Assembly: GCF_000400465.1 (NCBI RefSeq)
Contig: NW_008806301.1
Span: forward strand, 1-32,000
Direction: 5' to 3'
DNA from: Wallemia ichthyophaga EXF-994
Taxonomy: Eukaryota > Fungi > Basidiomycota
Length of the DNA: 32,000 nucleotides
A program made the position numbers and the translations under genes. The notes below the pieces were generated by a model. It searched no databases. It was not told the origin of the DNA and saw nothing but the letters and a program-made list of their open reading frames with translations. Shown piece by piece: positions 21,601-31,848 of the stretch. The first letter of the stretch is position 1, and each line of letters starts with the position of its first letter.

Positions 21601-22743
21601 AGATCGGCGACGAGTTCGCTCAGTATGTGACTGGTGACGAGGTTTGCAAGGAAAGGTGAAGGAACGCTGTTGTGTTTTGTGTTGGACACTGCGGGACTAG
21701 GATTATGGTGGTGAATTTCGAACGTGCAATTGAGGCGTGTAATCTTATTTTCGTTGGGTTCGTTGGGATCAGTAGGTTCATCTTCTAAAAGATCTGGTGT
21801 GAGGAAGAGACAAATCTCCAATGAAGATCCTGGCAGGGCTGTATATAGTATCTTTCTAATTATCTAGATATTGTGTGAGTGCTGAGGAAGAAAGAATAGA
21901 AAAACCCACATGTAACAAACCGAAAGCCAGAGAGCCCTCATTGATGGCGGAGGAACTACCTTTAACAGAAATGTGCTGCAAGTTTGCACCAGAATGAGCA
22001 ATTATGATGTTGATGGAGCGTTCAGCAGCCAAACCAGCTATACTGTCGGCGACACCTTGCAACATTTCGCCAATGTCCCACGATAAGTTGAAAACTGGAG
22101 CGCCAATACGCTTGGACTGCTGAGGGGAAGCCAGAAAGACAGACAAGTAGTTCAAAGCCTTTGAGACAGTCAAGAAGGAAGAAATGGATGGCGTGGGGAA
22201 TGTCAAGCCACAAGCAGCGTACTGTTCTTTAGCGTGGTCGAGTAAATGAGGCGGCGAGAGCTGAATGATAGTCTGAATCGGCAGCTGGACGAGATCTGCC
22301 AGCTCCTGAGAAGATTGCTTTTGGAGTGACGAAGGGTGCAGATCGGAAGCGTCATCAGAAGTGTGGGTGAAATTCGAGATATTTGGATTTTGGAGATGGC
22401 CAAGTCTTGAAGAAATCGGCGCTGAGAAAGTTCTTTGGATGGATTCCTCGAGATTCATCCTTCTTAGATGGTTTTGGAGTAGGTAGGCTTCTGGCGGGAT
22501 TCCCTCGCCGTAAGAGATAGACCGATCGTGCATGTGAGGGTTGAGCAGATTCAGATCAGCATTCTTGTCTACAGTCTCCTCTGGATCTGAGTACATGTCC
22601 TCGTTAAGATCGAATGACTTTGGGATGAGATCTCCGTCTGCTCGTGCGAGATTTCCGACGCCGTTGAAATCCTTGCCGTTAGATCCACCGGTCGAGCTTA
22701 CTGTCGAAACTGGGGAGCCGCTGCGTGCGCTGCGAGGACTCAT
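18604..22743 (-). CDS. SSK1: HOG-pathway response regulator (Ssk1/Mcs4 family), 4 exons
   Basis: N-terminal SWDIGEMLQGVAD motif, intron 21909-21864, long S-rich linker, and receiver domain spliced as PPINVLIVEDNPINQ...FHLFLMDLALP (phosphoacceptor Asp)...PVIIVALTASS...GCNDFLTKPV...WLERKIIEWGCMQAL. Confidence 0.88.
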
Positions 22744-23185
22744 ATACTTTCGGCGTAATGGGTGTCTTGAGAGTAGGAGAGTGAGAGGAGATAAGAATAT
22801 TTGAATCGTTGTGATGCGCAGAGTGGATATTGTGTGTGCTGTGCTGCATGAGGTATGTCCTGCTGATTTACTGTGGCTGTTCTCCAGGTGTGGATGAGAT
22901 CCGTAGTCTGGGCGAAATCCGGGGAGATGAAGCGGGTGTGCATATAAAAGAATACGGGGAGTACAGACATGACAATCATCTCTTGAAAAGAGCTGTTGGT
23001 GTCCTCGGCGTTGTAAAATGGCTTATGTGCACAGACAGCGTGGCTATTGTACAAATAGTGCGGTGTATGGGGAATTCTCAGCTTCCACTGATCAAAACAA
23101 GACTGCTATTGAAAATTAAAATGTATCTTACTTTTGCCCTTCTTCTAGCTTTCTTTCGTACGATCATCACCACCACGCAAACAAA

Positions 23186-24257
23186 ATGATTCCAACAGTA
23201 GCACGCGCCTTCACAAACTCCGCAAGATCGAACAGACACGTCGCAGTACTCGGGTGAGCGTGCGTCACTGCTAAGGAAACCATCTCACCCAAGCAACAGC
23301 GCAAACGGCGGTATCGGACAGCCATTATCACTCCTCTGCAAGCTTAACAACAGCGTCACCAAGTTGAGCCTTCTTGACTTGAAGGGAGCTCCAGGTGTGG
23401 CTGCTGACTTGTCACACATCCCAACCACCGCCCAAGTCAAAGGATTCAACCCAGAAAACATCGGCGATTGCCTTAAGGGCGCTGAAGTCGTCATCATCCC
23501 AGCTGGTGTCCCAAGAAAGCCAGGCATGACCAGAGACGATCTCTTCAACACTAACGCATCTATCGTTAGAGACTTGGTTAAGTCTGTCGCAGAACACGCA
23601 CCAAAGGCTTCAATCCAGGTAGTTTCAAACCCTGTCAACTCAACCGTCCCAATCGCCGCTGAAGTTTTGAAGAAGGCTGGCGTTTTCGACGCTAACAAGC
23701 TTTTCGGTGTTACCACGCTCGACGTCACCCGTGCATCGACCTTCATTGCTGAGTCATCTGGCAAGCCTTCTGAAGGTCCAAGCTACAATGTGCCTGTCTA
23801 CGGTGGTCACTCAGGCAAGACCATCCTTCCACTCATCTCACAAGCTACTCCAAACACTCAACTCCAGAAGGAAGCACACGAAGCCCTCGTCAACAGAATC
23901 CAATTCGGTGGTGACGAAGTTGTCAAGGCAAAGGATGGTGCTGGTTCAGCTACCCTCTCAATGGCCTTCGCTGCAGCCAAGTTCGCTGATGAGTTCATCC
24001 AAGGCTTAAACGGCAAGGCTATCACTGTTCCTTCATTCGTCAACCTCAACCACGTCCAAGGCGGTAAGGAAGTGCAAAAGGAACTCGGCAAGGACCTCGA
24101 ATACTTTTCAGTTCCAGTCACTCTCGGTCCAAACGGTGTCGAAAAGGTTTCCTCTATCGGCCAAATTTCTGACTACGAGAAGCAGCTCTTCTCTGAGGCT
24201 CTCGATGAGCTTGCAAAGAACATTGAGAAGGGTGTCAGCTTTGCCAACTCCAACTAA
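23186..24257 (+). CDS. MDH1: Mitochondrial NAD-malate dehydrogenase, 2 exons
   Basis: ATG 23186, short presequence MIPTVARAFTNSARSN. After one intron: VAVLGANGGIGQPLSLL, GVAADLSHI, IPAGVPRKPGMTRDDLFNTNASIV, SNPVNSTVPI, GVTTLDVTRA, GGHSG, KAKDGAGSATLSMA. Confidence 0.95.
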
Positions 24258-24550
24258 TTGTATTTGAAAATGAATAGATAGATTGCGATTAGCTGGTGTA
24301 ATGAAATGACTTAAAGAGTCGATGGAAGTGCGATAATAAAGATAAAAGAAAGACAAACGTGGTGTATACCAAAATTCCCGTACCATTGCCACCCCCGCAA
24401 TTCCAGCATCACATGCTGGTTCCTGCGTTCCTGCGTAAAGCCCATTGTCTCAAGATAAAAGTCCAACAAAGAGCGTGAGAGGGGAAGGGTTGTGAGAGAC
24501 GTAAGGACTCAGGAGTGTTTTGAGCCACCACTCAAACACAAAACACAAAA

Positions 24551-26927
24551 ATGAACGTCGATGGTCTGCCCCCACATACCCGTACGCGGATTCAGAGCTG
24601 GTATGCGAAGCACAAAACGCAAAAGGCGCATAAAGCAAACAATACACACATAAGGGGGTCTATGAGAGAGAAGACGTGCATGACGCTAACGCTTCTCGCG
24701 CCCGCCGTAATTGGCACGCTATTCGTCATAATTACCATAGCAGCATCACGCGCGAGCATTGATGATATAACGGGGAGCGCTACTAGCGCAGTAGATGCCA
24801 CCTGTCAGAATGTCCAGAATAGGGTAGAGGATGCTGTCAATATGCCGCTCACGGCGCAACGGAAACTCGGTCAGCAAGTGCAAGATACCACGACTAGCGC
24901 TATTAGTGGACTAGAGAGGGTATTGTTGTTACTGTGGGTATAAAGTTGTTCCCTGGACTTTGCAATCCCTTTAATACCCTCCCCACGCAGACTAAAAGCT
25001 ATACCCATCGTCGTCATGTTCTTCATTGACTTCTACCGATCCCTCCTACTCTGCTTCCTGCAACTGGTCGTGCAGACGGCACTGGCGGCCGTGACGGAGC
25101 TGGTAAGGTTGGCTACGAGCGCGATTGAGGATGTGGCTCATAGTATCGGCGATCTGGTATCAAGTGCTTTCGACAGCGCCAACAACGCTATTGATACGAT
25201 CAATGATCTTATCTCGTGGTCCGGGGAATCCGTTGGCCACATAGAGGCGCCTTCCCTCGATGCGCTCAACAATTTCGAGATGCCGGCGAGTGTGCAGGAC
25301 ACACTCAATGAAGTGCGTTGGTCGTGTTAAATTTGCCACTTGCTCACGACTTTCACAGGCCAACGAGAATCTACCAGATTTGCAAGATCTTCGCGATTAT
25401 CTGGAAGGAGTGTGAGTGGCCATTTTGACTTCAGCCTTGTGTCTCACATCTCACATTTCGCAGCATCTTGACACCATTCCAAAAGCTGTCTGATGAAGTA
25501 TCTGACAAGATCGCCAGCTACAAGAATACGGCGAGTGCTACCAACGCCGCAGCGACAAAGCAAGATGCGCACAGGTTTACGTTCTGCTCCGACATGGATC
25601 TATCGCTGATTTCAGACCTCGGCCATGCGATCAAGAAGATGGGGCTGTGGTTGATAGTAGCTCTCACTCTGTTTACCTTCGTGTACTGTATCGTCCTGGC
25701 TTATGTCGAGCGCAGGCGCTACCGCCGCAGAAAAGAAATTATCGAAGAGTATGATTACGGCAGCGACCCAAAGCGACTAGCGGAGCTCATCAGCAGCCAC
25801 TCCAACCCGTATGTCTACAAGTGGACGAGGCGGATGCCAGCATTGCGTCGCGATGGCATACGGTGGGTTTATAGCCTGGTGTTTTGAACTCGTTAACGTA
25901 CCTCATGATTCAGATGGACTGCGCTGGTCGTGTCACATCCTTACCCCATAACACTTTTGTCGATTGGCGCAATGGGGGCGTTATCCACAGGCGTACAATA
26001 CGCTGTGGTGGATCGTATCCAGGATAGCTTCGTCAGTCGAGCGAGATCGGCTTACGATGCCGCCGAGTCGAAACTCAACCAGTCGCTCACCACTGCTACA
26101 TATACGGGCCTGTGTGAGTGCTGAGTAAGGGCATTACATAAATTGTCTAACAAGTCCATCCCAGCCAACACCACAAACGATGCTATTGGGAATATAGAGA
26201 ATGCGATCAACGACGATATAATTGGATGGCTGGACGATGGTATAGTGCCTATCAACAACACCCTCACATCATTCGAAGAAGGGCTGAACAGCGCTATCGA
26301 GACTGCGTTCAACGGTACCTTCCTCGAAGATCCTATCTCCAATTACGTTCAGTGCATCGTCGGATCGAAACTGGATACACTTGAGAGCGGATTAACCTGG
26401 ATTCACAACAATGCAAATGTGAATATGTTGAGAGTGCCCGATGACCTGTTCGATGTGTCTACAACAATCGCAAACGCTATGAACCCGCTGCGCAACACAA
26501 TCGTTGGTAATCGCAGTACTGGGGAGGAAGGCGAGTAGGAGATTGGATTGGATTTATATTAGCGTCTAACACCCACACAGGCATAGTGCAAAAAGTAGCT
26601 AGATCCTACAAACGTCAATTGAAAGCATCTCTCATAATCTTTGCGGTACTATTAGGCTTGTATGTCTTAGTTATAGTTGTCGCAGCAGCAGCGGCAACTG
26701 TCTTGGCAATCAAGCGTCGTCACGAAATTGATCCGGATGACGAATCGCAGTACGTCATGCTGCGTGAGGTGGAGGTTGATAGTACAGAGGCGGGTGCAGG
26801 TGGAGACGGTAGCGGTGGAGAGAAGAATACAGCACTGTCAACGACTGCTGACACAGTGAATCTGCCAACGGCTGAGCGCACAACAATTATCATACCTTCT
26901 CCAGCGTATTCCAATCATGCATTTTGA
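24551..26927 (+). CDS. PRM1: Plasma-membrane fusion protein Prm1 (mating), about 7 exons
   Basis: TM1 (LTLLAPAVIGTLFVIITIAA), conserved MFFIDFYRSLLLCFLQLVV, FTFCSDMDLS, RW..VVSHP, DDIIGWL, FNGTFLEDP..CIVGSKL..LE.GLTWIH and a last TM (SLIIFAVLLGLYVLVIVV), joined by six introns read by hand. Start codon is uncertain. Confidence 0.85.
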
Positions 26928-26959
26928 TGTATTTTGATATTTGATATTTGTCACTTGCT

Positions 26960-27289
26960 TTACTTCCTGAGTATATCCTCCACCGCCTTAACTTTCGCCG
27001 CATTTGCACCGTCTCCCGAAGCCTTATCGATCCTGGTGCTTATACGGATATCCGAGCAGATCCTATGAACACCTAGATCATGTAGTGCTTGGTGGCAAGA
27101 TTTGACGGCCGATGTGACAGCATCCCACTCGCCCTCAAGCTCTGTACCGTGGCCGTTGAGTTTGTGCGTCAGACGGGTTTCGGCGAGAATGCGTTGGACA
27201 ACAGCAAGCTCGTCAGCGACGGAGGAATTGTCAGGATTGAGAGAGAACGAGCCAAATGGAATAAGGCAGAAGTCGGCGCAGCAGTACAT
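26960..27289 (-). CDS. ECM15: UPF0045/DUF77 thiamine-binding-like protein (yeast Ecm15 family)
   Basis: 109-aa ORF with ADFCLIP, SVA.E.A.VQRIL, GTELEGEWD.V...V..CH, G..RI.SDIRI.TR.DK and KV..VE..L. Confidence 0.85.
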   Translation of the reverse strand: MYCCADFCLIPFGSFSLNPDNSSVADELAVVQRILAETRLTHKLNGHGTELEGEWDAVTSAVKSCHQALHDLGVHRICSDIRISTRIDKASGDGANAAKVKAVEDILRK

Positions 27290-27340
27290 GATGGTTATTT
27301 ATAGTCTAGTGCTGGGAAGTGTAGACTGCAACAAAAACAT

Positions 27341-27380
27341 AAAGCTCAAATAGGCTCAATTAAGCTTAAATAAGCTCAAA
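27341..27380. repeat. Tandem repeat, 4 x 10 bp, consensus TAAGCTCAAA
   Basis: AAAGCTCAAA TAGGCTCAAT TAAGCTTAAA TAAGCTCAAA; non-coding, about 50-90 bp upstream of the ECM15 ATG. Confidence 0.8.
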
Positions 27381-27699
27381 TGCACTATCATATTTCTTCA
27401 AACGCTCTCACACGTGCTCAGACACCCAGCCGATTCCAGCGGAGTCATTTCAGTAAGACCCTCATTTAAGAATGCGTTCCTGGGAACGATAATTGCTCGT
27501 TTAAAGGAGAAGGCTCGTGCAATGTAGATATTGAAGAAGTGGGGAGTCTTCCCTGAGCCTGTGTCTTCACTCTCCACCCACCGTCTCCCGCGACTTCTGC
27601 CAGAAACAACAGCGGTGGAGGCTACGTATTGCCAGGTGGAGACATGAATTGCAGAGTGAAACAGAGAATCTTCTTAGCAGATAACCACCACAGCAATCA

Positions 27700-28821
27700 A
27701 TGAACTTTGGATACTACAACCCTGGATGGATCGTGTACCCTCAGCTGCTATTATCACCACCAAGCCATGCGACCCAGAACCTAATCCAGCCGGTGCAGCA
27801 GCAGCAGACACAGACACAGACGCAGACACACCACCACCAGAATCACCACCCAGACCAACTAAATCAACCTATCCGCAAACCGTATCACCCGCCGTCGTCT
27901 GCGAAATCCCATTACTGCATCTGGGTTGGCAACGTGCCACCGGACAGCAGCGTCGAGGAACTCTTCAGCTACTTCGCCCGCCAGTCTGCACATGCACCGC
28001 GACTGAGTCTCGGTGAATACGCTGCACTTCCACCCAACTGTGGTCTAGTCAGCATCCACCTGATCAGCAAGAGCAGATGCTGTTTCGCTAATTTCTCCAC
28101 CCCCCACGCTCTTCATCTCGCAGTGCGCGATTTGAACGGGAGTAAGCTACGCCTAGGTGCTCCGAGACTGGTGGTTCGGGTGCGCGACACGCACGCAGAG
28201 CTGAGTAGCGGCGTTGGATTGCAGCGTGGACGCAAGTTGCACCGCAATTGGGTGAATTGGGCTAGTGATGGGAATTATGAGCAGGTGCAGAATAGTGAGA
28301 CACAACAGCAGCAAGAAGATAACAATCAAGATAATGAACACCAAGGTGATAACAATCAGCCCAAATTATCACGCTCCAGCTCAGTCTCCTCTACATGCAC
28401 CTCTTCCACAACCGACTCCTTCCTCAGCCACTATTTCCCCGTACGCTACTTTATCCTCAAGAGCCACCACTTCGACGAACTCCTCGAGAGCGTCAAGACG
28501 GGCGTGTGGTCGACGCAGCCGCACAACGAGCATGTCCTTGATAAGGCCTTTAGATCGTCACACACTGTCATTCTCATCTTCTCCATCAACAGATCCGGTG
28601 GCTGGTTTGGGCACGCCAAAATGTCGTCACAACTATCAAACTCCTCCTTTTCCCTCCAATGGAACACCGTTCAGTTCCTCCCCTTCTCACACACTCGACT
28701 GCGCAACCCTTTCAACAGTAATCGCGAAGTCAAAGTGAGTAGGGATGGCACTGAGATTGAGCCAGGCGTCGGCAGGCAGCTGGTTGAACTGTGGAACACT
28801 GCTCCTATCGAGCAAGCTTAA
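27700..28821 (+). CDS. RRM + YTH domain RNA-binding protein (YTHDC-like), intronless, 373 aa
   Basis: RRM: CIWVGNVPPDSSVEEL...SRCCFANF...LNGSKL. YTH: RYFILKS, GVWSTQPHNE..LDKAF, VILIFSINRSG..G.AKM, F.L.W, LRNPFN.NREVKVSRDGTEIEP.VG.QL..LW. Confidence 0.88.
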   Translation: MNFGYYNPGWIVYPQLLLSPPSHATQNLIQPVQQQQTQTQTQTHHHQNHHPDQLNQPIRKPYHPPSSAKSHYCIWVGNVPPDSSVEELFSYFARQSAHAPRLSLGEYAALPPNCGLVSIHLISKSRCCFANFSTPHALHLAVRDLNGSKLRLGAPRLVVRVRDTHAELSSGVGLQRGRKLHRNWVNWASDGNYEQVQNSETQQQQEDNNQDNEHQGDNNQPKLSRSSSVSSTCTSSTTDSFLSHYFPVRYFILKSHHFDELLESVKTGVWSTQPHNEHVLDKAFRSSHTVILIFSINRSGGWFGHAKMSSQLSNSSFSLQWNTVQFLPFSHTRLRNPFNSNREVKVSRDGTEIEPGVGRQLVELWNTAPIEQA

Positions 28822-28945
28822 TTCTTTTCTTCTTTCTGGGTTATGTTTTGGCAATGTAATAGAGAAAAAATACATGTTTACAACATAAGTAGTGTGGATT
28901 TTATACAGCGGATTGAATGGATTAGAAATGCTATCAAACGCAGCA

Positions 28946-31848
28946 CTAACCGTTTCCTCCGCCCCTCATATCATGTTGGAACTTCTCGTTGATCGGAGAC
29001 TGCAACCGCGACAGGTGTGCTCTATGTCTAGCCTGTAACTCCTCCACCGTCATGCTCCTGCTCCGGTTCCGGTTGTTGTAACCTCCATAATCGCTGCTGT
29101 CGAATTTAGACAAGCCGTTGAAAGGCGATGTGCGCGTGTGCGACATGTTTCCAAGAACGTTTTCATTCGGGTAGGCCTGACTAGCAGATGGAGAAGCCGA
29201 CGGACGACGCGCTGCCATTGTCGGCGTCGCTCTGCCTATTTCGTAGCTGAACGGTATGCTATTTTTCCGCGATCCCGGTGCTGAATTTGGGTTTGAGTGT
29301 GAATGTGAGCGTGAATGAGACATTTCGGGCGTCTGCGAATGAGTCCAAGAGCGTGCTGGTGTCTGTAAATCATCGTCAAAGACTTGCTTTGGCGACACGT
29401 TCTCCCATTCCTCCGGTGAAAATGAGGCAACCGGACTGTAGCGATGGTTTTGGTTGTAGTTGTATCGATCTCCACCATTGAAATCTCGACTATGCTTCCT
29501 CTTCTCAACAGCTGCAGCCACCGCCGGACTCACTTCCACACCAACATCCTTCGCTTCTTGATTGATAGGCCTGCTGACACCCGCTGGTGGTGCAAATACC
29601 TGTCTCGAGCGCACGTACTGCTCCCATTCAGTCTGTTTGACAATTCCTTCATTTCTTTCATCGCGTTCGTCGTCTTCATCAGCAGGTGGTCGCTTCACAA
29701 ACGACTGTGTGCTCTGACTCTTAGCTCTTTTGCTATTCCTCCGCATGGGCAACTCAGACAAAGATCTTTTCCCAGCATCTCCAGCGTCTCCAGCTCGGTC
29801 TCCCTCGCGCAGCTCGTCGATGCTTCTGCTGCGCAGCTGATCAATCGATCTGCGAATGTTGGCGATATCGCTCAGCAGTGCCTCCTTGTCTTTAAGATCC
29901 GCCTCCGTTTTATCCATCGACTGGAATGTCTTGAGTGCTGGTGCGGATGGTGCTCGAGGTCTCTTGGTGCTGTGATTGTTACTGTTGCTGATGTTGTTGC
30001 TCGGGCGAGGTGGGAGAACTGGCTCGGCTGCCGCCTTCGCCTCCGCCTTCACTTCAGCGGGATCGGGCTCCGGCAGACCGAGTTCTGTGCGCATCTCCGA
30101 TCCGAATCCCACATCGAGTGACGGGAGCGGTCCGCTCTGTTCGAGGGGTGGAGGGAGGTCGGGTGGAGGTGTGCTTTTCTCCGTCTTGTCCTCTTCATCC
30201 CTGCCACCTTCGGTGGGTTTACCGGCGCTTTCTCCGAACGCCGACAGCGGGGGGAGAAGCGGCGGTGGAGATGTAGGAGCGGGTGGGACTGCAGGTGGGG
30301 GTGGAGAGAGACGCTCGTCATGCTCATGCTCCCGCTCCCGCTCCCGCTCCCCTCTCTCTCGCTCTCCGTTGGGCTGCGGACTGACACTGTTGCTACCCGC
30401 GTAGCTTCCTTTCTCCATACTGCTACTGTACCTGTAGCCGTTGGCACCTGGCGCGCCCTTCTCTTTCCAATCTTGATCGTTACTAGCGTTCAAGGTGAGG
30501 TTGACTGGTGTAGACGCCTTGTTGAAAACACCGCTGACAGCCTGCTTCGCTGCGGCAATAGCGCCCCTACGAGCCCCATCACCGCTCCCATTCTGACTCT
30601 CCCAGGCATCCAAAGCGTCTTCTCTCCTTCTGTTTCTCTTCATCTCGAGTGAGTCGACGTCTGCGTCGTGAGGATCGAGCCCCATCTCGCGCGCAGCCTC
30701 CTCATCGCGCCCCATCTTGGCCTTGCGGCCTGCGAGGATAGCGAGGCGGTACTGCAGAGCGAGTGTGAGGAGGGTAATGGCAGCAGCGACGGCGAGGAGA
30801 ATGATTTCCGTCTGGGTTAGCGGGAAATTCTCTCCTTTCCTGCGTCATGGCGTCAGTCGTGGCGGCAGCCCCGCTCCACTTGCACACTCACTTTATTGGC
30901 GGATAGAGCGTGTTGTACCCCAGGTTGTACACGTAGAACTCCTTCAGTCCGCTCTTCACGAAGCAGTCGATACCCAGTATAAATGCCGACGAGCCGATCA
31001 ACGAGGTGGAGAAGCGGAGCAAGTGCTTCATGATGCGCGGATGGAACGACGCAACTACGGCGACCTGTAGCGATTGATAGTGAGAAATGTTCGCGTGGGC
31101 AACTAACCAAACTCACAGTCCCTAACCCGATGTAGAAGATCCATTTGCCCGCCATTGAGTGTATGGTGCCACCGTCACGCATGCATTGTATCCACCACGC
31201 TAACGCTATACCGCCGAAACCACAGACAGCATACGCGACATATCGCTGGAACCACCAGCTGGCAACGGCGGTTATGATACCCAGTATGGCACACCCTACC
31301 AGTATCTCCCCCTCCAACGCCTCAGTTGCCCTTTCGGGATTGTTCGAATGCAGTTTGGGCATTACCACGGTCGATAGGAGGATGCACATGAGGGCGATCA
31401 TCGAGCCGTACGAGACAGGGATACAGACACCTGTCCAGCGTGAGGTGCTGCCTAGAACAGCCAGGGGAATGGCAGAGATAATTAGTATCGCGCCGAGGAC
31501 GCCGAATGCGGGTGTAATCTTGATCGTCAGCGGCATTTCAGGCAGCTCTTCGGGGCTTTCGTCAGGGTTTTCGTCTATGTTTTTGTCTGGTTGGGGAAGT
31601 GGGACATAGGTTTGAGTGGGTATAGATGAGGATGCGCTGGTGACTGCTATCGATGTGGCAGTTGCAGTGTATGTCGTTGATGGTTTATCGATGAGAGTGG
31701 TGCTGCTGAGAGTGTCGGTGCTGCTACCACTATCAATATCACTGCTGCTTTCTCCACCGCTGTCTCCGCCCCCTTCATTCCCCTCTCCATCGCCTTGCTG
31801 AGCGTACGCACACGCTAGGAGAGAAATCAAAACAAGTGAAAAGCGCAT
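28946..31848 (-). CDS. DUF4203-family multi-pass membrane protein with signal peptide, S/T-rich stalk and long disordered C-tail, 3 exons
   Basis: ATG 31848 (MRFSLVLISLLACAYAQ), KITPAFGVLGAILII motif, intron 31116-31065, FILGIDCFVKSGLKEFYVY motif, and a second intron joining in frame to the 28946-30715 ORF. About 7 hydrophobic segments. Confidence 0.75.

Noticed and set aside
22740-23054. 104-aa minus ORF abutting the SSK1 start
   Set aside because: No similarity to Ssk1 N-termini recognised; CT-rich leader-like composition suggests 5' UTR or promoter.
22830-23189. 119-aa plus-strand ORF whose TGA overlaps the MDH1 ATG, with an intron-like 35-mer (GTATGT...CTCCAG, 22853-22887)
   Set aside because: Any ATGA start creates this overlap. 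The ORF has no motif, begins upstream of a TATAAAAG near 22943, and the putative intron is shorter than the well-supported introns here.
16049-24260. Stop-codon readthrough or cryptic peroxisomal PTS1 extensions on GUT2 and MDH1, known for some fungal metabolic enzymes
   Set aside because: Stops are TAA-TCG and TAA-TTG, not the leaky TGA-CTA context, and no SKL-like extension was evident.
28880-28950. Possible extra intron (G|GTTAGT at the DUF4203 stop) extending the C-terminus
   Set aside because: No AG at a suitable distance after the CTAAT branch candidate; the annotated stop was kept.
29236-30652. Multiple long overlapping ORFs (29444-30121, 29976-30404, 30049-30447, 30320-30652) and (GCTCCC)n repeats
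   Set aside because: Antisense or alternate frames of a GC-rich low-complexity tail (RE repeats, polyproline); no independent coding signal.
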